Of a stretch of 35,738 bases of DNA, positions 25,530 through 33,347 are shown one piece after another. The stretch's first letter is position 1, and the number at the start of each line of letters is the position of its first letter. This stretch comes from a virus (lineage: Duplodnaviria; Caudoviricetes), in IMG/VR virus record IMGVR_UViG_3300034093_001562, positions 1 to 35,738 of that record. One strand, 5' to 3'. Position numbers and translations under genes: made by a program. A model generated the notes under the pieces. That model had not been told where the DNA came from. It worked only from the letters and a program-made list of their open reading frames with translations, and ran no database searches.

Positions 25530-28085
25530 ATGGCAAAGCAAACTATTTTAACAGGAACAGTCGCCAACGATAAAACAGGTGACACAATTCGTGCAGCCTT
25601 CATAAAGGCCAATGCCAATTTTACAGAACTGTATAACCTAGGCGCGGCGCAGGGCGTACAAGGTATACAAGGCATTCAGGGCGTGCAAGGTATCACGGGC
25701 TCGCAGGGTATTACCGGAGCTCAGGGTCTGCAAGGTGCTACTGGTTCCGGTTCACAAGGCATTCAAGGTACTGCAGGATTCGTGGGATCTAACGGATCGC
25801 AAGGTACACAGGGCATTGAAGGTTCGCAGGGTATCCAAGGCACTGAAGGTTCGGGTTCACAAGGTATCCAAGGTATTGAGGGATCGCAAGGAACTCAGGG
25901 TACAGAAGGTGCTCAAGGTACACAGGGTATTCAAGGTTTTAAGCCTTTACTTAATACGTTATTCTTGGCGGGAGATTATTATTTTCAAGCCGTAGACAGT
26001 TCCTACAATGGTCCATCATCTGCCGGAATGGAATGGTCTGCTGGACAAGTATTATCTGTATGGGCGCCGGACGAAGATGGTATAGTACAACACATTTTAA
26101 TTACTTCGTATAATTCTGCAGATGGAACTCTTGTTGCAACTATTACAGATTCGTCAAATCCTGGTTATAAGACGCAAGCTGGTGTTTATGTTTCTCTCTC
26201 AGGGCAAACGGGGGCGCAAGGTATACAAGGGGTTCAAGGTGCACAGGGCACCGAAGGTTCACAAGGTGCACAGGGCACCGAAGGTTCACAAGGAACTCAG
26301 GGTACAGAAGGTGCACAAGGTATCCAAGGTATTGAGGGATCGCAAGGTACTCAGGGTATTCAAGGAATCGAAGGTACAATTTTAAACTTTATTGGAAATT
26401 GGGTTGCAGGAACTTATACTCCAAATATGATTGTCGTATCTCCACTAAATGGAAATACTTACATCTGTATTGCCATACCTGCGGATGGCGGAGCAATTTA
26501 TGTTGATCCTTCTTTAAATACTGATGCTTGGGTTTTATATTCTTCAAGAGGCGTACAGGGCACCGAAGGTATTCAAGGAGCACAGGGTATCGAAGGATCA
26601 CAAGGAACACAGGGTATTGAAGGTTCTCAAGGTACTCAAGGAACTGAGGGTTCACAAGGCATTCAAGGTATTGAAGGATCACAAGGTACTCAAGGAACTG
26701 AGGGTTCGCAAGGTATCCAAGGTATTGAAGGATCACAAGGTACTCAAGGAACTGAGGGTTCGCAAGGTATCCAAGGTATTGAAGGATCACAAGGTATTAC
26801 TGGTGCTCAAGGAACGCGTGCAACGGAAGATAGATTAATTAATGGCAGTTATGAAGTTATACTTAATGCTACGGGTGAACTCACATTTCCCGAAGGTGCC
26901 AATATAACAGATACGGCTACCACAATTGTAATTACCCCACCCGGAGCAGCTGCTGGACAAAGTTTAGTAATTCGTCCCACATCATCGACATGGTCCGTCA
27001 CTTCAAGTGGTTATATTGTGTATGGCAGTCCAATTACAATTTCCGTTAATCAGCTTTCAGGCGGAGCTTATTGGGGAACAGTCAACTATGAAATTACTGG
27101 TACCGGCGTAACACAACAATCATTGGGTCGGGCTCTCACTGGTAATGTGGTTTTCGACGGAACCACAGGACCTATTGCTGAAACGGTCACCTGGACCATA
27201 CCTGCTAATAGCAGCATCACTGAATTTACTTTTACGCTAACCACTGTTGAAGGAACATATCAAGGTGGCTCTCCAGGAGATCCAGCATTGCATTATAATT
27301 TTGAATACAATGCACTGCCCGCAGGTACTTTTGCTACCATAACTAATAATGGTATTAATAGTTCGGAACATAGTCACGTACATTTAATCTCGGGCAATTC
27401 TGTAACTACCGACATTTATCTGGGCGATGACGATCAGTTTGTTAAAATTGAAAAGAATGGTGGCAACGTTGTTATCGGCACTAATACAAATACTAAAAAT
27501 TGGACATTTAGAACAACTGGTAAGGCATCGCTTCCAGCTGTAAGTTGGAATTATCTACCAACAACCTTTACGGCTGTTCCCGTGACCTACGGAGCAACGA
27601 CTTTAACATTCACCGTTCTTCCAGACAATACCATTCTCGACATGAGTGTTGCCGCGGGCGCGGGCGGGTATGGTCCCGATGATTACGACTTAACAATACC
27701 CGGAACAACTTTTCCAGGCGGAGCCACTCCTGCTAATGATATTGTTTTTAATGTTCAAACATTTGAGAGTGCAGGACCCGTTTATTCAACAGATGTAACT
27801 AGCACAGTTACTTATGTTTCCGGCACGCCGCCTCTAAGATATGACAATATTGCCGCGACCGGTGATTTAGGACTAGGCGCGGGTAATGCACATTGGGTAT
27901 TTAAAACTAACGGAGCCTCAGTATATCCAACAGATGGTATTCCGACAACAAGCAAGGGTGTTGCAGGTGATGCGATTGGAAGTGTGGTATTTGGATCAGG
28001 ATATATCTACTATTGCTTCGACACTTATTCGGATGGCACCAATGATATTTGGAAACGTATTGCGTGGTCCAATGATACTTGGTAA
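25530..28085 (+). CDS. Collagen-like fibre with T4 gp9/gp10-type N-terminal motif, inserted between gp14 and gp15
   Basis: MAKQTILTGTVANDKTGDTIRAAFIKANANFTELY N-terminus, Gly-X-Gln/Glu runs, beta-rich domains, C-terminal SKG..GD..G......YIYYC.....WKRIAW motif. Confidence 0.8.
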   Translation: MAKQTILTGTVANDKTGDTIRAAFIKANANFTELYNLGAAQGVQGIQGIQGVQGITGSQGITGAQGLQGATGSGSQGIQGTAGFVGSNGSQGTQGIEGSQGIQGTEGSGSQGIQGIEGSQGTQGTEGAQGTQGIQGFKPLLNTLFLAGDYYFQAVDSSYNGPSSAGMEWSAGQVLSVWAPDEDGIVQHILITSYNSADGTLVATITDSSNPGYKTQAGVYVSLSGQTGAQGIQGVQGAQGTEGSQGAQGTEGSQGTQGTEGAQGIQGIEGSQGTQGIQGIEGTILNFIGNWVAGTYTPNMIVVSPLNGNTYICIAIPADGGAIYVDPSLNTDAWVLYSSRGVQGTEGIQGAQGIEGSQGTQGIEGSQGTQGTEGSQGIQGIEGSQGTQGTEGSQGIQGIEGSQGTQGTEGSQGIQGIEGSQGITGAQGTRATEDRLINGSYEVILNATGELTFPEGANITDTATTIVITPPGAAAGQSLVIRPTSSTWSVTSSGYIVYGSPITISVNQLSGGAYWGTVNYEITGTGVTQQSLGRALTGNVVFDGTTGPIAETVTWTIPANSSITEFTFTLTTVEGTYQGGSPGDPALHYNFEYNALPAGTFATITNNGINSSEHSHVHLISGNSVTTDIYLGDDDQFVKIEKNGGNVVIGTNTNTKNWTFRTTGKASLPAVSWNYLPTTFTAVPVTYGATTLTFTVLPDNTILDMSVAAGAGGYGPDDYDLTIPGTTFPGGATPANDIVFNVQTFESAGPVYSTDVTSTVTYVSGTPPLRYDNIAATGDLGLGAGNAHWVFKTNGASVYPTDGIPTTSKGVAGDAIGSVVFGSGYIYYCFDTYSDGTNDIWKRIAWSNDTW
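26622..26783 (+). repeat. 54-bp tandem repeat x3 ([18 protein letters not shown])
   Basis: Units at 26622, 26676 and 26730. The last two are essentially identical. Confidence 0.85.
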
Positions 28086-28092
28086 TTAATCT

Positions 28093-28860
28093 ATGACAAG
28101 CGGACACTTTTATCACGCTCATATCCGTAGGATCGTAACGGTCTTCGGAACGATATTTAACAATATCAATATCATCCGCAAGGATCAAACGGGTAAAGTT
28201 ATCCATTCGATCCGGGTTCCACTTGCGTATGGACCCAAGGCAAAGTTCCTTCAGCGTCTCGATGAGCAGAAAGATCTTCAGGGCAATAAAATTGCAATGA
28301 AGTTACCCCGCATGTCATTTGAAATTACCACTATGGTATATGATGCAACTACTAAGTTGAATCGTAATAATGTCGTAACCTCAATGGATGCTGGCGATAC
28401 ATTGACCAAACATATTGTACGCACTTTTGCTCCGTATAGAATGAACTTCCAACTTTCTATTATGGCAAAGAATCAGGATGACGCACTTCAGGTGATGGAA
28501 CAGATTCTTCCTTATTTTCAACCTGAATATACCGTTACGGTAAAAGAACTAGATTCGTCCAATGTGACGACGGATGTTCCATTTGTTCTCACCAACGTGA
28601 CGATGGAAGATACGTATGAAGGTGACTTTACGACACGCAGAGCAATCATCTATACCCTGGATTTCGAAGCCCGTATTCGTTTCTATGGACCTATCTCTCG
28701 TAGATCTATTATTAAGTACACTGACGTAGATTTTATCACGAATGATTTTGAAAAAACCGACGTTAATATCCATACAACATTGGGATCCATCGAAGATACT
28801 CCTGAGGACTATACGGTTATACAAACGAAAACGGATTTTGGGTTTAATAACCCTGGGTAA
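28093..28860 (+). CDS. gp15: Tail sheath stabiliser/terminator (T4 gp15-like)
   Basis: FYH..IRR....FGT.FNNI, VPLAYGPK.KFL.RL, LPRMSFE and QILPYFQP motifs. Confidence 0.93.
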   Translation: MTSGHFYHAHIRRIVTVFGTIFNNINIIRKDQTGKVIHSIRVPLAYGPKAKFLQRLDEQKDLQGNKIAMKLPRMSFEITTMVYDATTKLNRNNVVTSMDAGDTLTKHIVRTFAPYRMNFQLSIMAKNQDDALQVMEQILPYFQPEYTVTVKELDSSNVTTDVPFVLTNVTMEDTYEGDFTTRRAIIYTLDFEARIRFYGPISRRSIIKYTDVDFITNDFEKTDVNIHTTLGSIEDTPEDYTVIQTKTDFGFNNPG

Positions 28861-28875
28861 AGACCTCATTTTATT

Positions 28876-29307
28876 ATGAATAAAAGCGAAGAATTACTCA
28901 AAAAGCTGGAACAAAATCTTCCGCCCCCTTTGCCTTTACCACCAGTCGCTATAGAAGCAAAGGCGGAAAGGGAAATTGATGATGACTACGAGTTCTCCCG
29001 CAAGACCTATAAGGATCTTGTGGATAAGTCAAATAATGCCATTGAAGGTATGATGGAACTTGCACTACAATCCGAGCATCCACGTGCATTTGAAGTTCTG
29101 AGTATTATGCTCAAGAATACTTCAGATATGACGGATAAATTGATGGCGCTTCAGAAACAAAAGAAAGAGATTAAGAAGAAAGAAAAGAATGAGGCTCCTG
29201 CTGCAACTGGAGTTACCAATAACAATTTATTTCTGGGATCAGTCACTGATCTTCAGAAGCACTTAATCTCTCAGACACTGGAAAAAAATGTCACAGATGC
29301 ATCTTAA
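28876..29307 (+). CDS. gp16: Terminase small subunit (T4 gp16-like)
   Basis: DDYEFSR, A.QSEHPRAFEV and NNNLFLGS.TDLQK motifs. Overlaps the large-subunit start. Confidence 0.88.
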   Translation: MNKSEELLKKLEQNLPPPLPLPPVAIEAKAEREIDDDYEFSRKTYKDLVDKSNNAIEGMMELALQSEHPRAFEVLSIMLKNTSDMTDKLMALQKQKKEIKKKEKNEAPAATGVTNNNLFLGSVTDLQKHLISQTLEKNVTDAS

Positions 29308-30898
29308 AAATGCTGAGATGGGTTACCTAGGTAACCCACAGGTCAAGCGTGATGGTGTTCAACAACAGTTCACAAAAACCGAAGTAAGCGAATACCTCAA
29401 ATGCATGAAGGACCCGGTTTACTTTGCAAAGACCTATGTCAAAGTAATTTCTCTGGATCGAGGTTTGGTTCCATTCACGCCTTATTCTTATCAGGAAAAA
29501 ATGTTTAGTCATTTCAATGATAATAGATTTTCTATTGTTCTTGCGTGTCGTCAGTCGGGTAAGTCCATTTCATCCGTCATTTACATTCTTTGGTACGCCT
29601 TATTCCAGCCCGACAAAACCATTGCAGTCCTTGCAAATAAAGGCTCAACGGCGCGTGAAATGTTGGCACGTATTACACTTGCCCTCGAAAACCTACCATT
29701 CTTTCTACAACCTGGTTGCCGGGCATTGAATAAAGGGTCGATTGAATTGAGTAACAACTCTCGCATTATTGCTGCGGCGACCTCAGGTTCTTCGATCCGC
29801 GGTCTCTCCATTAACCTTCTGTTTCTGGATGAATTTGCCTTCGTTGAAAATGCAGCAACCTTCTACACCTCAACGTACCCGGTAATTACCTCGGGTACCA
29901 CGTCAAAGGTCATTATTACTTCTACGGCAAACGGTGTGGGTAATACGTTCCACCGTCTCTGGGAAAGTGCAGTGCAGGGAGTCAGTGAATACAAACCGTT
30001 TCGTGTGGACTGGTTCGACGTTCCTGGTCGCGATGAGAAGTGGAAGAATCAGACCATTGCCAATACATCTCCGTTACAGTTTGAACAGGAATACGGCAAC
30101 TCATTCCATGGTACGGGATCAACGTTGATTAACGCTGAGAATTTACTTGCAATGAAAGCGGAGAATCCAGTCTATTCCCAGAATAAAGTAAATGTATATG
30201 AGAAACCAGTGAGCGATCATAACTACATTATGACGGTGGATGTGGCAAAAGGGAGAGGTCAGGATTATTCTACCTTTACGGTATTTGATATATCGCAACA
30301 GCCATTTCGTACCGTTGCTACTTTTCGCGACAATTTAATGTCTCCACTGCTGTTTCCAGATGTTATTTGGAAATATGCAAAGACCTATAATAATGCCTAT
30401 CTGATTATTGAATCGAACGATCAGGGATCCGTGGTGTGTAATGGTCTCTATTATGATCTAGAATACGAGAATATGTATGTGGAATCTAGCGTAAAGACGG
30501 GTGCAATTGGAATCACAACAACCAAGAAAACAAAACGGATTGGATGTTCTAATTTAAAAGATCTTATTGAACAAAAGAAACTGACAATCATTGATCCAGA
30601 TATGATTTCAGAATTAAGTACATTTGAAGCTGATGGATCTTCCTATGAAGCATCCGACGGCAATCATGATGATATGGTTATGACGTTAGTACTTTTCTCC
30701 TGGTTTGTTGCAACGGATATGTTTGTTCAAATGTCAAACATTGATCTTAAACAGATGTTGTATTCAGATAGAATTAAAGTCATCGAGGACGAACTTGTTC
30801 CTGTGGGTATTTTTAGTTCAATCGAAGATTCAAAGCCCCAGTATACCGTGGAAGGCGGAGAGCTCTGGACGTCATCAGTTACAACCGGAATGTTCTAA
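29288..30898 (+). CDS. gp17: Terminase large subunit (T4 gp17-like)
   Basis: YLGNP, Walker A CRQSGKS, Walker B LLFLDEFAF, STANG coupling motif, nuclease motifs DVAKGRGQDYS and HDDMVM. No intron or intein visible. Confidence 0.97.
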   Translation: MSQMHLKNAEMGYLGNPQVKRDGVQQQFTKTEVSEYLKCMKDPVYFAKTYVKVISLDRGLVPFTPYSYQEKMFSHFNDNRFSIVLACRQSGKSISSVIYILWYALFQPDKTIAVLANKGSTAREMLARITLALENLPFFLQPGCRALNKGSIELSNNSRIIAAATSGSSIRGLSINLLFLDEFAFVENAATFYTSTYPVITSGTTSKVIITSTANGVGNTFHRLWESAVQGVSEYKPFRVDWFDVPGRDEKWKNQTIANTSPLQFEQEYGNSFHGTGSTLINAENLLAMKAENPVYSQNKVNVYEKPVSDHNYIMTVDVAKGRGQDYSTFTVFDISQQPFRTVATFRDNLMSPLLFPDVIWKYAKTYNNAYLIIESNDQGSVVCNGLYYDLEYENMYVESSVKTGAIGITTTKKTKRIGCSNLKDLIEQKKLTIIDPDMISELSTFEADGSSYEASDGNHDDMVMTLVLFSWFVATDMFVQMSNIDLKQMLYSDRIKVIEDELVPVGIFSSIEDSKPQYTVEGGELWTSSVTTGMF

Positions 30899-30909
30899 AA
30901 GCAGCTATT

Positions 30910-30917
30910 TATAAATA
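30910..30917 (+). promoter_or_regulatory. T4-type late promoter TATAAATA
   Basis: Exact consensus upstream of the sheath gene, inside the palindrome CTATTTATAAATAG (30905-30918). Confidence 0.8.
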
Positions 30918-30969
30918 GATGTACTGAAAATCCGTATTATGTTTCCTTAACATCCAACACTCGCAAACT

Positions 30970-32703
30970 ATGAGTATTCTCGTTTCCCCCGGAGTTCAAG
31001 TCCAAGAACTTGACTTCACCAACGTCGTACCAGCTGTTTCTACCTCTATTGGTGGTTATGCTGGTTCTTTCCGCTGGGGTCCAGTCGAAGAGATCCGTAC
31101 TGTCAGTTCTGAAAAAGAATTGGCTCTTACATTCGGAACTCCAGATGCATCCACAGCTCGTTCATTCCTCACCGCAGCTTCATATCTGAAGTATTCAAGC
31201 AATCTTAAAGTTTCCCGTGCTCTCAATGCCTCTAGCAAAAATGCTACGTCGGCAGGAAGCGGTCTTCTCATTAAGAATGCCACATCATACGAAAATGATA
31301 TTGATCTAGGTGGTAGCGGTGCTAGTGTTTGGGCAGCTCGTTGCCCAGGTGCACTTGGAAATTCTATTGCTGTCGAAATCTGCACCGCAGGCGACGCATT
31401 CGATGGTACTTCGGGCCAGGCCGCATGGGCTTACTCAGGTTTATTTAATTCTGCTCCAGGAACTTCGGCTTCTGCAGCAAGTGTTGGAGCTACTCTCGAC
31501 GAAGTTCACGTTGTCGTTATCGACAGCCTGGGCCATTTCTCGGGAACAGCAGGAACAGTTCTGGAACGCTTCGCATTCCTCTCCCTCGCATCAGACGCAG
31601 TTGCAGTTGATGGTACTTCACAATATTATCAAACAGCAATTAATGCTCGTTCTAACTACATTTGGTGGTTGAATCATCCATCCGAGTTGAATGCCACAAC
31701 TGGCACACTTGGTGCTGGTGACGCAATCGAAACCGATGCAGTATACACCACATCCGATACCGCTCTTGAGTATACTCTGGCCAATGGCGTTGATGTAGCA
31801 GTGACTGCTGGTAATACTGTAACCGCTCTTGCAGTATTCAATGATGCTGAAACAGTTGACGTAAATCTGGTATTCACCGCTGGTGATGCTACTGGATCAC
31901 ATACCGTTGCTGATGCAGTTATCGCTCTTGCAGAACTGCGTAGAGACATCGTTGGATTCATCTCTGCTCCGGTTGAAACATCTCTCGGTGCATCTCCAGC
32001 TGATGCGGTAATCACATACTTCAATCAAGTTGCAGGAAGCTCTTACATCGTTAAGGATTCTACTGCAGTTAAGATGTATGACAAATATAGCGACGCTTAT
32101 AGCTGGATCACTGCTGCTGGCCACATTGCTGGTCTTTGCGCACGTACCGATACAGTTGCTGATGCTTGGTTCTCTCCAGCCGGTGCTACCCGTGGTCTTC
32201 TCCTCGGCGTAACAAAGCTTGGTTATAACCCAATTGCTGCTGATCGCGATGCTCTCTATAAACTGGGTATCAATCCAATCGTAAGCTTCCCAGGAACTGG
32301 TCCAATGCTCTACGGAGATAAGACCGCTCAGGTAAAGCCTTCCGCATTCGACCGTATTAACGTACGTCGTCTCTTCCTTGTTCTTGAGAAAGCTATCGGC
32401 CTTGCTGGTAAAGCTCAACTCTTCGAACTCAATGATGAATTCACGCGCGCCTCATTCCGTGGTGCAGTTGAACCTTATCTCCGTGATGTAAAGGGCCGTC
32501 GTGGTATTACCGATTTCAGGGTAGTCTGCGATAGCTCTAACAATACCGGTGACATTATTGATCGCAATGAATTCCGTGCTGACATCTACGTCAAGCCAGC
32601 TCATGCGATTAACTTCATCACCCTGAGCTTTATCGCTACTCGTACGGGCGTAAGCTTCTCCGAAGTTGTTGGTACTGGCTCTTCTGGTACTCCAAACCTC
32701 TAA
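30970..32703 (+). CDS. gp18: Tail sheath protein (T4 gp18-like)
   Basis: SPGVQVQE.D, F.WGPV, WFSPAG..RG, SAFDRINVRRLF, FELND.FTR and INFITL.F.ATRTGV.F.E motifs. Confidence 0.97.
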   Translation: MSILVSPGVQVQELDFTNVVPAVSTSIGGYAGSFRWGPVEEIRTVSSEKELALTFGTPDASTARSFLTAASYLKYSSNLKVSRALNASSKNATSAGSGLLIKNATSYENDIDLGGSGASVWAARCPGALGNSIAVEICTAGDAFDGTSGQAAWAYSGLFNSAPGTSASAASVGATLDEVHVVVIDSLGHFSGTAGTVLERFAFLSLASDAVAVDGTSQYYQTAINARSNYIWWLNHPSELNATTGTLGAGDAIETDAVYTTSDTALEYTLANGVDVAVTAGNTVTALAVFNDAETVDVNLVFTAGDATGSHTVADAVIALAELRRDIVGFISAPVETSLGASPADAVITYFNQVAGSSYIVKDSTAVKMYDKYSDAYSWITAAGHIAGLCARTDTVADAWFSPAGATRGLLLGVTKLGYNPIAADRDALYKLGINPIVSFPGTGPMLYGDKTAQVKPSAFDRINVRRLFLVLEKAIGLAGKAQLFELNDEFTRASFRGAVEPYLRDVKGRRGITDFRVVCDSSNNTGDIIDRNEFRADIYVKPAHAINFITLSFIATRTGVSFSEVVGTGSSGTPNL

Positions 32704-32718
32704 TAAATAACATAGGAG
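32702..32718 (+). promoter_or_regulatory. Late-promoter variant AATAAATA plus Shine-Dalgarno AGGAG before the tube gene
   Basis: AATAAATA at 32702-32709 and AGGAG at 32714-32718, 9 nt before the ATG. Confidence 0.6.
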
Positions 32719-32727
32719 AACAATAAT

Positions 32728-33258
32728 ATGCCTAATCTTGCAATTAACGATTTCAAAGCCAGACTGTCTGGCGGTGGAGCACGTAATAACTTATTTCAAG
32801 TTACTATGTCTTTCCCAAGCTACGCTCAAGGTGATGTAGAACTGACCTCTTTCATGGTCAAAGCCACATCGCTTCCAAGCTCAATCATCTCCCCAATCAC
32901 GGTTCCTTTCCGTGGCCGTCAGCTTCAATTAGCTGGTGACCGCTCGTTTGAAGCCTGGGGAATCACAGTCATTAACGATACGAACTTCAAGGTTCGTAAC
33001 TCGTTTGAACGTTGGATGAACGGAATGAACGCCCATACAGCAAACGTTGGATTCACAAATCCAACTCAGTATATGCGCGACGCAATCGTTGACCAACTCG
33101 ATAAGACGGGCTCAGTTGTTAAACGCTACGACATGCGTGGCTGTTTCCCAACCGCTCTGTCAGCTATCGACCTCAGCTACGATTCAGAAAACACCATCGA
33201 AGAATTCGGTGTTGAGTTCCAGATGACATACTGGGAAGCTAGCGGTATTACTACTTAA
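32728..33258 (+). CDS. gp19: Tail tube protein (T4 gp19-like)
   Basis: GGGAR.NLF.V, VPFRGRQL..AGDR.FE.W.ITVIND..F..R..FE.W and IEEF.VEF...YW motifs. Confidence 0.96.
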   Translation: MPNLAINDFKARLSGGGARNNLFQVTMSFPSYAQGDVELTSFMVKATSLPSSIISPITVPFRGRQLQLAGDRSFEAWGITVINDTNFKVRNSFERWMNGMNAHTANVGFTNPTQYMRDAIVDQLDKTGSVVKRYDMRGCFPTALSAIDLSYDSENTIEEFGVEFQMTYWEASGITT

Positions 33259-33288
33259 TACCTTTTCGAAAAATTGAATAAATAAGAC

Positions 33289-33330
33289 AGTGGGGGAGGC
33301 TGGCCATTGGGACTCCTCCCCCACTTTATT
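33289..33330 (+). terminator. GC-rich stem-loop followed by T-rich tract, probable intrinsic terminator between tube and portal
   Basis: AGTGGGGGAGG (33289-33299) pairs with CCTCCCCCACT (33315-33325), followed by TTATT. Confidence 0.65.
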
Positions 33331-33347
33331 CAACCCCTACATATAAT

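Noticed and set aside
2483-28085. Repeat-spacer appearance resembling a CRISPR array
   Set aside because: The repeats are in-frame coding units varying at synonymous sites. There is no constant 25-45 bp repeat with unique spacers and no cas gene.
2483-28085. Eukaryotic or giant-virus origin suggested by collagen and Ig domains
   Set aside because: The genes are interleaved with T4 gp13-gp20 and carry T4 late-promoter boxes, so they belong to a bacteriophage.
31056-32418. Antisense ORFs of 109-173 aa within the sheath gene
   Set aside because: They are fully nested opposite a highly conserved gene and show no recognisable motifs.
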